This document shows positions 21,233 through 47,627 of a stretch of 64,000 nt of DNA, one piece after another. The stretch is from the human T2T-CHM13v2.0 reference genome, Homo sapiens, in NCBI RefSeq assembly GCF_009914755.1, contig NC_060926.1, one strand, 5' to 3'. Position numbers and translations under genes: made by a program. Positions within the stretch are counted from its first letter, which is position 1; every line of letters begins with the position of its first letter. The notes beneath the pieces were generated by a model that worked only from the letters and a program-made list of their open reading frames with translations, did no database searches and was not told where the DNA came from.

Positions 21233-21410
21233 GAGCTTACCACATTTTTAGTTTCCCATTTGAAATGACTCAACTGTCAGAATTCTTATGGGTGGTTTGA
21301 CACCTGCATTAGAATAGACAAATGTCAGATTACCTTTAAAAAGATGACAGCAAAAATTCCTAACTTGAAAATCAAATCATAATCAGAAGAAAACTCTATC
21401 TTTAAAATGA

Positions 21411-22315
<905 letters not shown>

Positions 22316-22547
22316 ACCTATCACTATATACTATTGTTTCCTGGTTTGGAAACATACCATCTCTAAACAAAGTTCCACACAGAGCACTAAGTATGAAATA
22401 CTATAACACGAGGCCTTTAAAATTTTATATCAACAAATCTAATTTTAAGAGGTTTAGATTCACTCTCAGAAACACCAATATACAAGATACAATACTCAGA
22501 AAAATCAACATTGGAAATTCTCAGTAATGTCTGGCAACATCAACAAG

Positions 22548-24190
<1,643 letters not shown>

Positions 24191-24859
24191 CTACGGAACT
24201 CCACCAAAGTAAGCCTGCTTTGTAAAGACAAAGAGAAGCAAGATCTTCACAATTTCTGCAACACTAGCTTCAAAATTAGAATAGCCTTACACTGCTCAAA
24301 TCTTGGCTGTCAAAGCAAAAATAACCCACTCCTTCATCTACAAGAGCTTAAAAATGTGTCCTGTTTTTGCCAAAACCAAAAAGTTTTATTTAATCTAGAA
24401 TCTTTCATCCATAGTATTTGAGAAAAGTGATCTCAAATTACACAAGGATGACCTGAAAGTTTAAGGAGTGGAAACTATATAAACCTTTTTATTTATAAAG
24501 CTTCCTTGCATGCGAAAACACTGCAAAATATTCTTGTTTGACTTTAATGATTAAACATTAACTCAAACAGCCCATGAGATGCACACTTCATGTTCACATA
24601 CACTATAAAACAGAAATACCCTTATTTGTGGACGTCGTAAAGGCGCACTGCACTCTTTTTTCAAAGTTAACCCAGGCTAGGCCACGAAACGTCCTTTCTG
24701 AAGGAAATCTTAAAAATCTGTAATTTAAATCGTGCCTTTTCAAGCTGGAAGGAGAACGCTCAGATTCCGCCAAGCAAAAAAAAAAAAATAAAAATTATCT
24801 TTACTTCGTGGGTAGACAAAGTGAGCAGTTACACATTGGAAATGACTATTGTCACAAAG

Positions 24860-25815
24860 CTCTGCCCCCGGGTTTCACGCTCGCATTCCTGACGGCTGTG
24901 ACCCCGACCTTTAGGAGAACGCCCCGCGCCGCGAAGCCACCTCGGCCACCTAGGCGGCAGGCCCGCGCCGCCCGGACCGCACCTGCACGCGTACGTGTCC
25001 GGCCGAGCTCCGCCCCCGGCCCCCGCCCGGCCTTGCCCGCGGCACAAAGCGCAGCCCAGGCCGGTCCAGACGCCCAGCGACCCCGAGCCGCGGGCCGACC
25101 TTGGCGCCGCCCCGAGCCGGCCGCACAAAGCGCCGCACTTCCGGCCTGGACGCGCAGTCGCCCGCTGCCCGCCCCCACTCACCGCGCCGCGGCGGCGACC
25201 TGGGCCTCAGTGACCAGCGCACGCCGGCCCGCGGCGGGCTTGGCCGTGGGGCGAAACAAGGGGGGCGTGCCGAGGAGACCTGCTACGATAAGAGGCTGAC
25301 CCTCCGAGCCCCGCGTCTCCGCCGCCTCCCGGACGCCGCGCTCCCGCTCGCTCGGCTCCGCTTGGCCCGGCCCGCCTCTCCGCAGCCCGCGCTCCCCGCC
25401 GACGCTGCGCAGCCACCGGAGCCGCCGACCTCACTTCCGCCTGAGCGCGCCGCGACGGGGGCGCGCCGGGCACGTGACTGCGCAGCGTGCTCGCTCCCGC
25501 CGGCGCCCTCGAGACGCCCGGATGGACGAGCGCGAGCGCGAGCGCGGAGTGGGCCGGTCCCAGTTGGCGAAAGGGCCGGGTGTAGCTGTAGTTTTTTTAT
25601 TAACTGTCTGTGAAAAAAGTATTTAATTTATATTTTGAGATAGTCCCGCGCCGCAGAAACCTTTGTGTGTGCCCAGACGCCAGGGCGCGGATCCTCAGGC
25701 CGCACCCGGGAGTCGAGCACACCCCGGGTGACCGCCACTACGGGGTCGGAGCGGGGCGGAGCTCAGCTCACAGATTCTTTGCCAGTGCGGAGGCTGCGGG
25801 CGCCCGCTCAGGAGT
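24860..25815. promoter_or_regulatory. CpG island / FAM168B promoter
   Basis: Very high GC and CpG density. ETS motif CACTTCCGC 25432-25440, E-box CACGTGAC 25471-25478, GC boxes. Confidence 0.9.
25183..25430 (-). other. FAM168B: FAM168B exon 1 (non-coding 5' UTR); TSS approximate
   Basis: Lies in the CpG island. Strong minus-strand donor GCG|GTGAGT (plus ACTCAC 25177-25182). No ATG in the exon. Upstream end inferred from the ETS motif at 25432-25440. Confidence 0.75.
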
Positions 25816-25909
25816 GCAGATTTTAGAGAATGCAAGTCAGCGTTTCAAGTGTAGAAGTGCGGGATCATTTCTATAGACAAGAGTTCAGGGAAGTGTACTA
25901 GAATGTTAG

Positions 25910-26230
<321 letters not shown>

Positions 26231-26467
26231 TAAGGCTTAGTGTATAGTTACAATGATTTGGTTAGTTCAGGGTGTCTCTCTGGGGGAGGTATGTTTATTA
26301 TTTCGTATTAAAGAGGTGCGTGTCTTGGTGTTTGTGTTTGGGGTGTCGTCTGGTCTGAGCTAGGTACAGGACGACAAAGGAGGGAGTTATTGCAATAAAG
26401 ATTAGTGATGGAAGGGAGGAGGCCTGGCTCTGGTCTTTTTTCAGTCGTTTATGAAATAAAAACAGAT

Positions 26468-28160
<1,693 letters not shown>

Positions 28161-28163
28161 CTT

Positions 28164-30017
<1,854 letters not shown>

Positions 30018-30184
30018 CTATCTCATCACTCAGCAAATTGTACCAAAGAGAATTGCAATCATATATCCATGCAAAGACTTGTACAGAAATGTTCATTACA
30101 ATTTTATTGATAATAACCTCAAACAGGAAAGCATTCATGCATCTATCATCAAAAGAACAGCTAAACAAGCTCAGGGATATGCTG

Positions 30185-31065
<881 letters not shown>

Positions 31066-31071
31066 TTCAGT

Positions 31072-32098
<1,027 letters not shown>

Positions 32099-32489
32099 GT
32101 ATTTGGGGTTGAGGGCTTCGGATTCAAAATGGGAGGCCAAGAACTCATTTTGTCCCTCCATAGATGCCTGTGAAATAGGTGACAGATGTTCAACAGTAAA
32201 CAAGAAACACTCCAAACTGAAGTAGCAGTAGAGGCTCAGGTGGGCTGGAGGAGAAAGGGCACTCACTTTCCTGTGGATGGTTGAAATAGGCAGAAAAGGC
32301 TGCAATCCAAAGCAGGGAGTGAAGGGGGAGAGAAACAGACCTGTAAACAAGGACATTAACTGCAAGGCTGCCTGTACCACAGCTGTGCCCCTTTTTATTT
32401 CTCCATTCTTGTGTACATGGGCAGCTTCCTGTTTATAGTGGGCAAAACCCCAACTACTATCCTCAAAAGAAATGGATTCCACTGTCTTT

Positions 32490-32798
<309 letters not shown>

Positions 32799-33111
32799 AT
32801 GGATTCCACTGTCTGAAGAAAGCCATGGCTTCTTAGTAGATGTTGAGGGCAAAATGAAGTAAAATTTAGGCATGCAAAAACTCATTGTTTCCCACCCCAA
32901 AAAGCAGTTACAAAGTTTCCGTATAGGAGAAGCAAAGGTGCAGCCAGCATGCTGGAACGGCTTCCTGCGCTGCACTCTGCATTGCTTGCCCCTGCTCTTC
33001 TCCCTAGTGCTGTGTGTCTGTTTGGGATGGACCTGGGTGTTGGTAAACATTGTGGGGCAGCTGAAATCCTACTGTTCCACCCTGGCTACTTTTATACATA
33101 TAAAAAATTTC

Positions 33112-33451
<340 letters not shown>

Positions 33452-33559
33452 CTATTCCTTGGAAGCTCCACATTCCCAATTATGTGGGGTGTAGCAGGGG
33501 AGACATGGTATTTTACTTCATGTTCTATTTGGAGTTTTTTTTTTAAATTTACTTATGTT

Positions 33560-35927
<2,368 letters not shown>

Positions 35928-36229
35928 AAAAATGTACAAATGTTAAGTATAGTGTTCAGCTTGATAAAGTTTTACTTACACACACGTACCCACCACTCAG
36001 ATCAATGTATAGAACATTTTCAGCACCCTAGGAGTGGGGTTGCCAGGAGGCTCTCTCAAGCCTCTTTCCAGGCAGTACCCCTACACCACCCCCCAACCCC
36101 TGCTAGGCTGGAACGCAGTGGCTTGATTGCAGGTCAAACTTCTGGGCTCAAGCAATCCTCCTGCCTCTGGCTCGCAAAGCTCTGGGATTACTGGCATGAA
36201 CCATCTCACCTGGCTAACATTTATTTTCC

Positions 36230-37110
36230 CTCTATTGTCTTCAGAAAACCCCCAACTTTTCATCTGGAATAATTTTAGACTACAAAAAAGTTATAAAGCT
36301 AGTATACCCTTCACACAATTTCTCCTAATGTTAACATCTTACAAAACCATTATACATTTCTTATAACTAAAAACTACTATTACCTAAACTTAAATTTTAT
36401 TTTAAGTTTATAGCCTAGCTACATCACCATGTTGCATATGACAGTGTCTCAGTTTTTTTCTTGCTTTTGATTACCTTGATAGTTTGAGGAGTACTGGTGA
36501 GGTGTTTTGAGGAATATCCCACAAACGAGATTTGTCTGATGTTTATCTTTCAGTTAGACTGAGGTCACGGTTTTTTTTTAATCACATGTCAAGGGCAAGT
36601 GCAGTGACTAATCACTTTGATTTTCACGTGGAGTGGCTCTACAGCCCTCTTTCCACACTGTACTCTTGGAAAGGTCGTCCCCAGGCATAGGCCACACTCA
36701 GGGTGGGTGTGGACGGATTACCACACCCCTCTGGATGAGGTATTATTAGAATTCCTCTGCAAGGAAGATTATCCCTTCTCCCTCATTTATTTAATCACGT
36801 ATTTATAGCAGCACGGGCTCTGGGCTGTTTTATACTTTAGGTTATAACTTAATGCAATGTACTTTATATTGCTGCTCAAATTGTCCCAGGCGCGGCCCCC
36901 GGAAGCTCTCTGGGTAGATCCCTGCGCCCTTGGACGCCCGGTCCTTCAGTTTTTTGAGCACCTCAAGCTTCTGGCCTACAAAACGCTCCCGGCTCAGCTG
37001 GAGCTTTCTGCGCCCGGGTCCTAGAGTCGCCCATTTCTCTAAGGCGCCTTGGCCCTATTTTTAGAGAGCGGTATTTAGAAACCAAGATTAGGGTGCTAAC
37101 AATTTTTTTT
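36230..37110 (-). mobile_element. L1MC-type 3' UTR remnant running up to the PLEKHB2 promoter
   Basis: TTGAGGAGTACTGGTGAGGTGTTTTG, TGCTCAAATTGTCCCAG, CCATTTCTCTAAGG..GGTATTTAGAAACCAAGAT. Confidence 0.65.
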
Positions 37111-37159
37111 TTAATTTTTATATTTTTAAGACAGGATCTCACTTTGTAACACTTCCTTT

Positions 37160-37990
37160 TAGTGGAAGCGCCGACCTCCTGGGAGACCCACGCCCCCTGC
37201 CGCCTTCCGTCCCGTTTCTCAGAAAACCACCCAGACACCCCGCCCCACCGGCCGGGGCCCGCCGCGCATGCGCGCCGAGGCGTGACGTCAGAACGGCGGC
37301 CAGGACGCCGGACGTGCGGCAGTTGCAGGCGAGCAGGCGAGGAATCGCCGTGGCGTCTTGGTGTTCTCCACGCTGGTTCGCAGGTGAGTGTCCCTGTTTA
37401 GTCCGGACGACCCTAGCTCCTTTCCCCTCTGGCCCGCGCCTCTCCAGATTCTCCTCTAGAGCTGCCCAGCCTCGCGCCCCTCTGAGGGGACCCCGCACCG
37501 CGCCACCTCCGCGGTGTCCCCACTCCCTAATTTTCCCTGAGGCTCCTGGCCACGGGTCCGCCCACCTCCCTGGACCACCCTGACCTTCCCCAGGTCCGCC
37601 CTCTCAGTCTCCCCTAGAGCAGCCCATTCGAGAGCCCTCCCAGTGGGCCCCCCCGGCCTCTCAGACCCCTTCCCATCGCTTCCCCGGCGTCCGCCTCCGG
37701 TCCTTTCCCCGAGCCCCTCCTCTCCGGCCCCGCGGACCCTCCTCCTTTCCCGACTGCAGCCTCCGCCTTGCATCCTTTCTGGCCGCTCGGGAGTGTCCCA
37801 CATGTCTGACTGCCGGGACCTGCTGCGGCCCGCCGCCTGGGGTCTCCCGGCGTCCGATCTCTACCCCTGCTGCTCCCTCTGCTCCAGGGAACTTGCCTTC
37901 TCAGTTCTCCTGCCCAGAGGTCTCCCCTCCTTAAGTCCCGGGGGGCGTTGAGGCTTTACCCTCGCGGTGCGGTCCGCCCCCGCTGCATTT
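37160..37990. promoter_or_regulatory. CpG island / PLEKHB2 promoter
   Basis: GC box CCCCGCCCC 37238-37246, NRF1 palindrome GCGCATGCGC 37264-37273, full CRE TGACGTCA 37283-37290, GAS-like TTCTCAGAA 37216-37224. Confidence 0.9.
37320..37383 (+). other. PLEKHB2: PLEKHB2 exon 1 (5' UTR); TSS approximate
   Basis: Perfect donor CAG|GTGAGT at 37383/37384, just downstream of the NRF1/CRE promoter motifs. Confidence 0.8.
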
Positions 37991-39643
37991 CACCTGCTCT
38001 TGGCCTTGCAATGTCTTTAGTCATAAGTGCTTGGTGTACCTTATCTTACATATCTCTCTTCATGTTTGATTCTGTTACTCAACTAGATTGAAAACTCCGG
38101 AGGTCAGGGATTTGCATAGGGATCCCCGCCCCGCCACCCCGCTTAAATCTCAAATGTAGACCGGTTCAGGGTGGGTGGAGGAAAGGAATGAGGTGGAGTG
38201 GTCACTGTAAAAAATTAAAGGAACATGGTTAATTCAAAATAATACTGACTCATGGTCTCAGCCTTTAAATTTTTAGTGCTTAGGAAAGGGTGGAACCACC
38301 ACCGAGGGAGGAGGGCTGACAGCTGAGGGGAGGAATATTCCAAGGTCTTCTGTGGCCTTTGGTATGAACCAGTACCAATTCAGGAAGTGACTTGTCCGAA
38401 GTCACATGAGGAATTAGGACCCGAGCTGGCACTGGTAACTGCCTGTTTAGTGTGGCCCTCAGTATTTGTTGACTAAACTAATGACCAAAACATGTATGCA
38501 CAGACACAGCTGTGCGTCTGTGCCCATGCAGTGGGTGTGTCTGCCTAAGGACCTGTGGGGGTGTGGGAATACTGCTGTGACGGTTCAATTGTGGTGCTCA
38601 GGAGTGTTCCCTAGGTTCAGAAAGTTCCTAACCCTGGGCTGGTTGGCTGGATATTGATAGGACTGGAGCTTGTCTGGGCTTCCTTTGTGCCTGGTGTTTA
38701 CTCTCTGTGGTGGTGATCTCTTTACTCGACTCTTCCCTATTCGTACTGATCTCCCTGAGGACAGGAATCAAACTGTGTTGCAGGGTTTCCCTAATAAACA
38801 GCATAGTGTTTGGCACTTTGTAGGTGGTCAGTAAATGCTTATTGAAGAAGGCTGCAGAAAAGAACTCAGAACCTGACAGCGGTTCTTTGCTAGCATTATA
38901 TTTTAAAGGCGGTGGTACATTCTGTAAGTAAATTTCCTGCTATTCTCAAGGACTGAGTTGATTAAATGTGTACAGCAGTGGTATAGAGAGGACAGATACT
39001 CTTGTGGTGTTACTCCTTGGGAAGGTGGAGGTTTCTCTCAGCTCTTTCTGAAAGCTTTGCTTATGCTTTTCAGCTTGCATTAATATTTTTGTTTCTCCTT
39101 TCCTCTGCCTGCCTTCTTACTGTTTGTCTAAAGAAATTAAAGAATTACCTTATTAATAACAGTAACTACCAAAAACTGCAAAACACACTGTTAAAAATGC
39201 TCCCAAAGTGGGGGCTAATTGACCCAGTTGTTTTGTTAGTTATATATTTGCTTCCACAGTGGATCATGGAAACGGAAAGTTGGACTTCCTTGCCTCTTTG
39301 CTTTCTTTGCCTGTCTGCCCTTTGATGGTGCTTGTATTAGGCTTGTTGTTAAGAAGTGGTTCCCAACTGGAAATGGCCAATGCCACGTGGGAACTGACCT
39401 CTACATGTTGATGGGTCACCCAACCTTCTTTCCCTTCTGTTTCAGAATGTACCTGTGACATCTCTTTGACTCTCCGCTGTTGCCCTTGAAGAACAGAGAT
39501 GAGTTTTCTTCCTTTTTCATAAGGAAGCCACTTTTATAGCGAAAGAGAGCTGGAGAACTGGGATATCATGAGGAGTTGTAGACAGTTAAACCTGAATTCT
39601 AGCTTTTGGAACAAAATAGTAATGTAATTGTAGCAGTTCTCAC

Positions 39644-40170
<527 letters not shown>

Positions 40171-40518
40171 CTGTTGTCTGTTTCGATTCAATGCTTTCAA
40201 AGAGATACAAATTCAAATTTAAAATAATTTAAATTGTTGAATATGGCTTACATTTTAAAGCTTTGCATAGGTTTTATTGGCATAAAAATAATGTTCTTTT
40301 GCAGCTAGTTTGCTGGTGTTTTATTCTCTAGAGACCAACAGCTAGGGCTTAGTGTTTATCTGATGAGTTTTAGTTTATGCATTCAGTTTTGCTCCAGGAT
40401 ATAAATAGTGAAATGTTGAATTAAGTTATGGAGTGGTGTGAAATTCAGCATGCTAAGGCAAACAAACAGAAGTCTTCTGAGCCATTTGAGAAGCAGCTTG
40501 ATGTCCTTGTTCTTAGAA

Positions 40519-40717
40519 CAGGGCTGTCCAATCTTTAGACTTTCTTGGGCCACATTGGAAGAAGGCCATACATAAAATACACTAACCCTAATGATAGCTG
40601 ATGCACTAAAAAATAAAATTGCAAAAAAATCTCATAACGTTTTAAGAAAGTTTACAAATTTGTGTTGGGCTGCATTCAAAGCTGACCTGGGCTGGGGCCA
40701 TGAGTTGGACAAGCTTG
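40519..40717. mobile_element. MER30 hAT-Charlie MITE
   Basis: CAGGGCTGTCCAATCTTT..GGGCCACATTGGAAGAAG..TTGGACAAGCTTG, with 8-bp flanks TCTTAGAA / TTCTAGAA. Confidence 0.8.
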
Positions 40718-41022
40718 TTCTAGAATATTTTCGGCAAATTTTGGTAAGGGGGAAAATAAGTAATAGTAATAATAGTAGTAAATAGTAATAATTGCTGTCA
40801 AAGCAGCTACCATTTATCGAGTTCTAGTAACTGTGAGGCACCATGCCAACTACTTACATATTATTTCACCCAATTTTCCGAACATCCTGTCAAGTAGGTG
40901 GTGGGAATTTTCGTTTTATAGATCAGGCTTGGAAACGTGACTTGTCCGATTGAGTCAGGATCTGAACATAGGTCTTTTAACTCTAAAGCTTATACCCAAA
41001 CACTGGGTTCTGTGAAATTTCA

Positions 41023-42152
<1,130 letters not shown>

Positions 42153-42384
42153 TTACATGTAATCTTTTGACTTTTGATCATAGAAGACTTTTGCTGCCTT
42201 GTAAAACTCTTCAATCCACCAGTGAGTCAAAAACTTGTAGGAAATTTGTCAGTTACTTTTTTTCCTCCCCTGTAGTACTCGGTCCTGCTCCAGTCTGGAC
42301 TGTTTTTTTTTTTTTTTTTCCTCCCCAGTCCTTCTGCACAGCTGCCTTTCTGGGAATTTCCTCCCCTGCCAGTTGAAGACCGAA

Positions 42385-43773
<1,389 letters not shown>

Positions 43774-43904
43774 CTGTAAAGTAATATTTTTAAAGTTTTC
43801 TTTTGTACCCAGCATTGTCTCTGATTCTTGAGGTTTTTTTCTTGAAAATTTTATTTTCTTTAATCTCTATCTTTTATGGTCTAGATTTTTCTCCAGTGTC
43901 TGAT

Positions 43905-45484
43905 TGTGGTACTGTGAAATGTTTATTTTGTCTTTGACCTCATTTCCTGCCTTACAACTCCTATTTAATACAATCCTTAAAAATCTCCAAAATGATGTCT
44001 TTTTGTATGCTAATGATTGATTGATGGCCTGCAGACTCCCTTCAGGATGGGAGCTGGTCATCTGAAACACCTATGCGACTTTAGAGGGTTGGAACTTTCA
44101 TGTCTGCCCCCCAACCTTCCAGGAAGGAGAGAGGGGTTCAAGGTGATGTTGATCACCAATGGCTGTTGGTTTAATCAATCATGCTAATGTAATGAGGCCT
44201 CCATAAAAACCCAAAAGGATTGGGTTTGGGGAGCCTCCAGAATAGCCGAACACCTGGAGGTTCCTGGAGGGAGGGTGGTGTGCCTGGAGAGGCCTGAACA
44301 CTAACACCTTGCCCTATACATCTCTTCATCTGTGTCCTTTGTAATACCCTTTATAATAAACTGGTAAATATAAGTCATTGTTTACCTGAATTTTGTGAGC
44401 TGCTCTAGCAAATTAATCAAACACAGGGAGATGGGGGAATTCTAATAGACCTAAAGAAAGAAACTAAAGCAAAAATTACTATAAATAGAGAGTTTATTTA
44501 GGCCAGATTTGAGGACAGCAACCTGGGAAGCATAGATTCAAGTTGCTCTGAATATATGCTTTGAGTAGCAACAGTTAGAAGTGGGATTTTAAAGGGCAAA
44601 AATAGGGGCAGTTTCTAAGTTGAACATAAACTATTGGTTGGCTGTATATTGTTCTTTGTACCACACATTCCAGGAACATGAAGAAAATGATTGAGGGTCA
44701 CATTGTGTAACTTGTAGTAACAGTCTTGGTAATTTATCAGCTTGTCTGGAAACTACAGGAAAGGGAAGATTAAAAAAACCCCAAGTCCCTTTAAACAGTT
44801 AACCCTGAGCGTGGCTGGGGCTGTGGTAACTAAAGACCCATTTTCTAAATTTTGCCGGCTTTATGTTCTTCAGATTGCTCTGAGCTACTTTTCTTTCTCA
44901 CTGACTTAAAGCTAGTTGATCACATGTTCCAGAGGCCCTGACTTGTGGCTGGTGTCTGAAGGGTGGGCAGTCTTGTGGGACTGAGCCCTCAACCTGTGGG
45001 ATCTGATGCTATCTCCAGGTAGATAGTGTGACAGTTGAATTGCAGGACACCTAGTTGGTGTTCGCTGAAGAATTTTTTTTTTTTTTTGAGACCGGGTCTC
45101 ACTCCTGCCCAGGTTGGAATGTAGTGGTGTGATCACGGCTCACTGCAACCTCCCCATCCCAGGCTCAAGTGGTCCTCTTACCTCAGCCCCCCAGTAGCTG
45201 GGACTACAGGTGTGTGCCACCATGCCCCGCTGATTTTTGTATGGATGAGGTTTCACCATGTTGCCTAGGCTAGTCTCAAACTCCTGAGCTCAAGTGGTCC
45301 CCTGACCTTCTCCTCCTAAAATGTTGGGATTACAGATGCGCAACACTGTGCATGGGCCTGCTGCATAATTGATTTCTTGCTTGGTATGTGGGGAGAAACC
45401 CTCACACATTTGGTCACAGAAGTCTTCTATGTTGATTGTTGTGACGTGAGAGCAGAGGAAAAACAGTATTTTTTTCTACTCAGA
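43905..45484 (+). mobile_element. MER21-type LTR containing a nested antisense LTR and an AluJ (45073-45358)
   Basis: GGGAGCTGGTCA, TAGAGGGTTGGAACTTTCA, TTTAATCAATCATGC..AATGAGGCCTCCATAAAAACCC. 5-bp TSD CTGAT at 43900 and 45485. Confidence 0.7.
44443..44900 (-). mobile_element. ERV1-class solo LTR (MER101-like, subfamily tentative) nested in MER21
   Basis: Minus start TGAGAAAGAAAAGTAGCTCAGAGCAATCTG and minus-strand AATAAACTCTCT poly(A) signal. Confidence 0.55.
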
Positions 45485-46020
45485 CTGATGATACTTGCTC
45501 TGTATTCCTATTTAAGAGAGGTACTGAAAAGCTGATTGGAAGTCTGTGTGTTTGCTTCAAGTCTGTCTCTTGGTGAGCTTCTCTGGAGGGTGTTAGGCAA
45601 AGTTTGGCTTTTTCATTACAGAACACCCAGTTGTCAGTATCAGTGAGCCTTTCCTCTTGGGACTATGCCTTTGCTCTGAGCTAGAGTCTGAGAAGTAAGG
45701 AAGAAGATGGAGAATTTGACTTTCACGGACTATATTCTTCTAAGTGTGGCCTGCGACTTTAAGCTGTGTGTAGTGTGGCCACGCCCAGTCTCCAGAGGCA
45801 TCATCTTCAGGATCAGGGAGGGTCCCTGTCTGCTTGGGTAGGGTGCCTAGTGACCCCTTTGAAGACTTTCCATTAATTCTTCTGATTTCTCCCCACCTCT
45901 AGAATTCTCTCTTACCCCCAATTTCTGAGTCTGTTTTTATGTGGCAGGAGTTGGCTTGCTGTGTTTTGGCTTCTGTTAGCACATAACAAAGTAGAGGTGG
46001 CCATATTTTATGTTAGTTGA

Positions 46021-46407
<387 letters not shown>

Positions 46408-46959
46408 TGCCCTGGAGACATTTTGCCCATTGTCTTGGTGATTAACATTGGACTTCTTGTTACTTATGCAAATTTCTGCAGCAGGCTTGAATTTCTCCCC
46501 AGAAAATGGGTTTTTCTTTTCTGTTGCATCATCAGTTGGCAAATTTTCCAAACTTTTATGCTCTGCTTCTTCTTGAAGGCTTTGCTGCTTAGAAATTTCT
46601 TTTACTAGATACCCTAAATCATCTCTCTCAAGTTCAAACTTCCACAGATCTCTAGGACAGGGACAAAATACCACCAGTCTCTTTACATAACAATAGTGAC
46701 CTTTACTCCAGTTCCCAACTAGTTCCTCATCTCCATCTGAGACCAGTGCAGCCTGGACCTTATTGTCCATATCACTATCAGCATTTTGGTCAAAGCCACT
46801 CAGCAAGTCTCTAGGAAGTTCCAAACTTTCCCACATCTTTCTGTCTTCTTCTGAGCCCTCCAAACTGTTCCAACCTCTGCCTTTTACCTGTTTCCAAAGT
46901 TGCTTCCACATTTTCAGTTATCTTTTCAGTAGCATTCCGCTGTACTGGTACCAGTTTAC
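46408..46959 (-). mobile_element. THE1/MST MaLR internal sequence, 5' part only
   Basis: Minus ORF ..GRGWNSLEGSEEDRKMWESLELPRDLL.. typical of MaLR-int, directly abutting the LTR. Confidence 0.85.

Positions 46960-47627
<668 letters not shown>

Noticed and set aside
25183-25290. Non-AUG N-terminal extension of FAM168B
   Set aside because: In-frame CTG and GTG exist but in weak context (TCACTGA, GGCGTGC), with an in-frame TAG shortly upstream.
25425-25440. GTGAG on the minus strand as the exon 1 donor
   Set aside because: Context GAA|GTGAGG is weaker than the donor at 25183 and overlaps an ETS motif at the likely TSS.
24808-25876. Long Arg/Pro/Ala/Gly-rich ORFs on both strands
   Set aside because: Stop-codon scarcity in a CpG island, with no recognisable domain.
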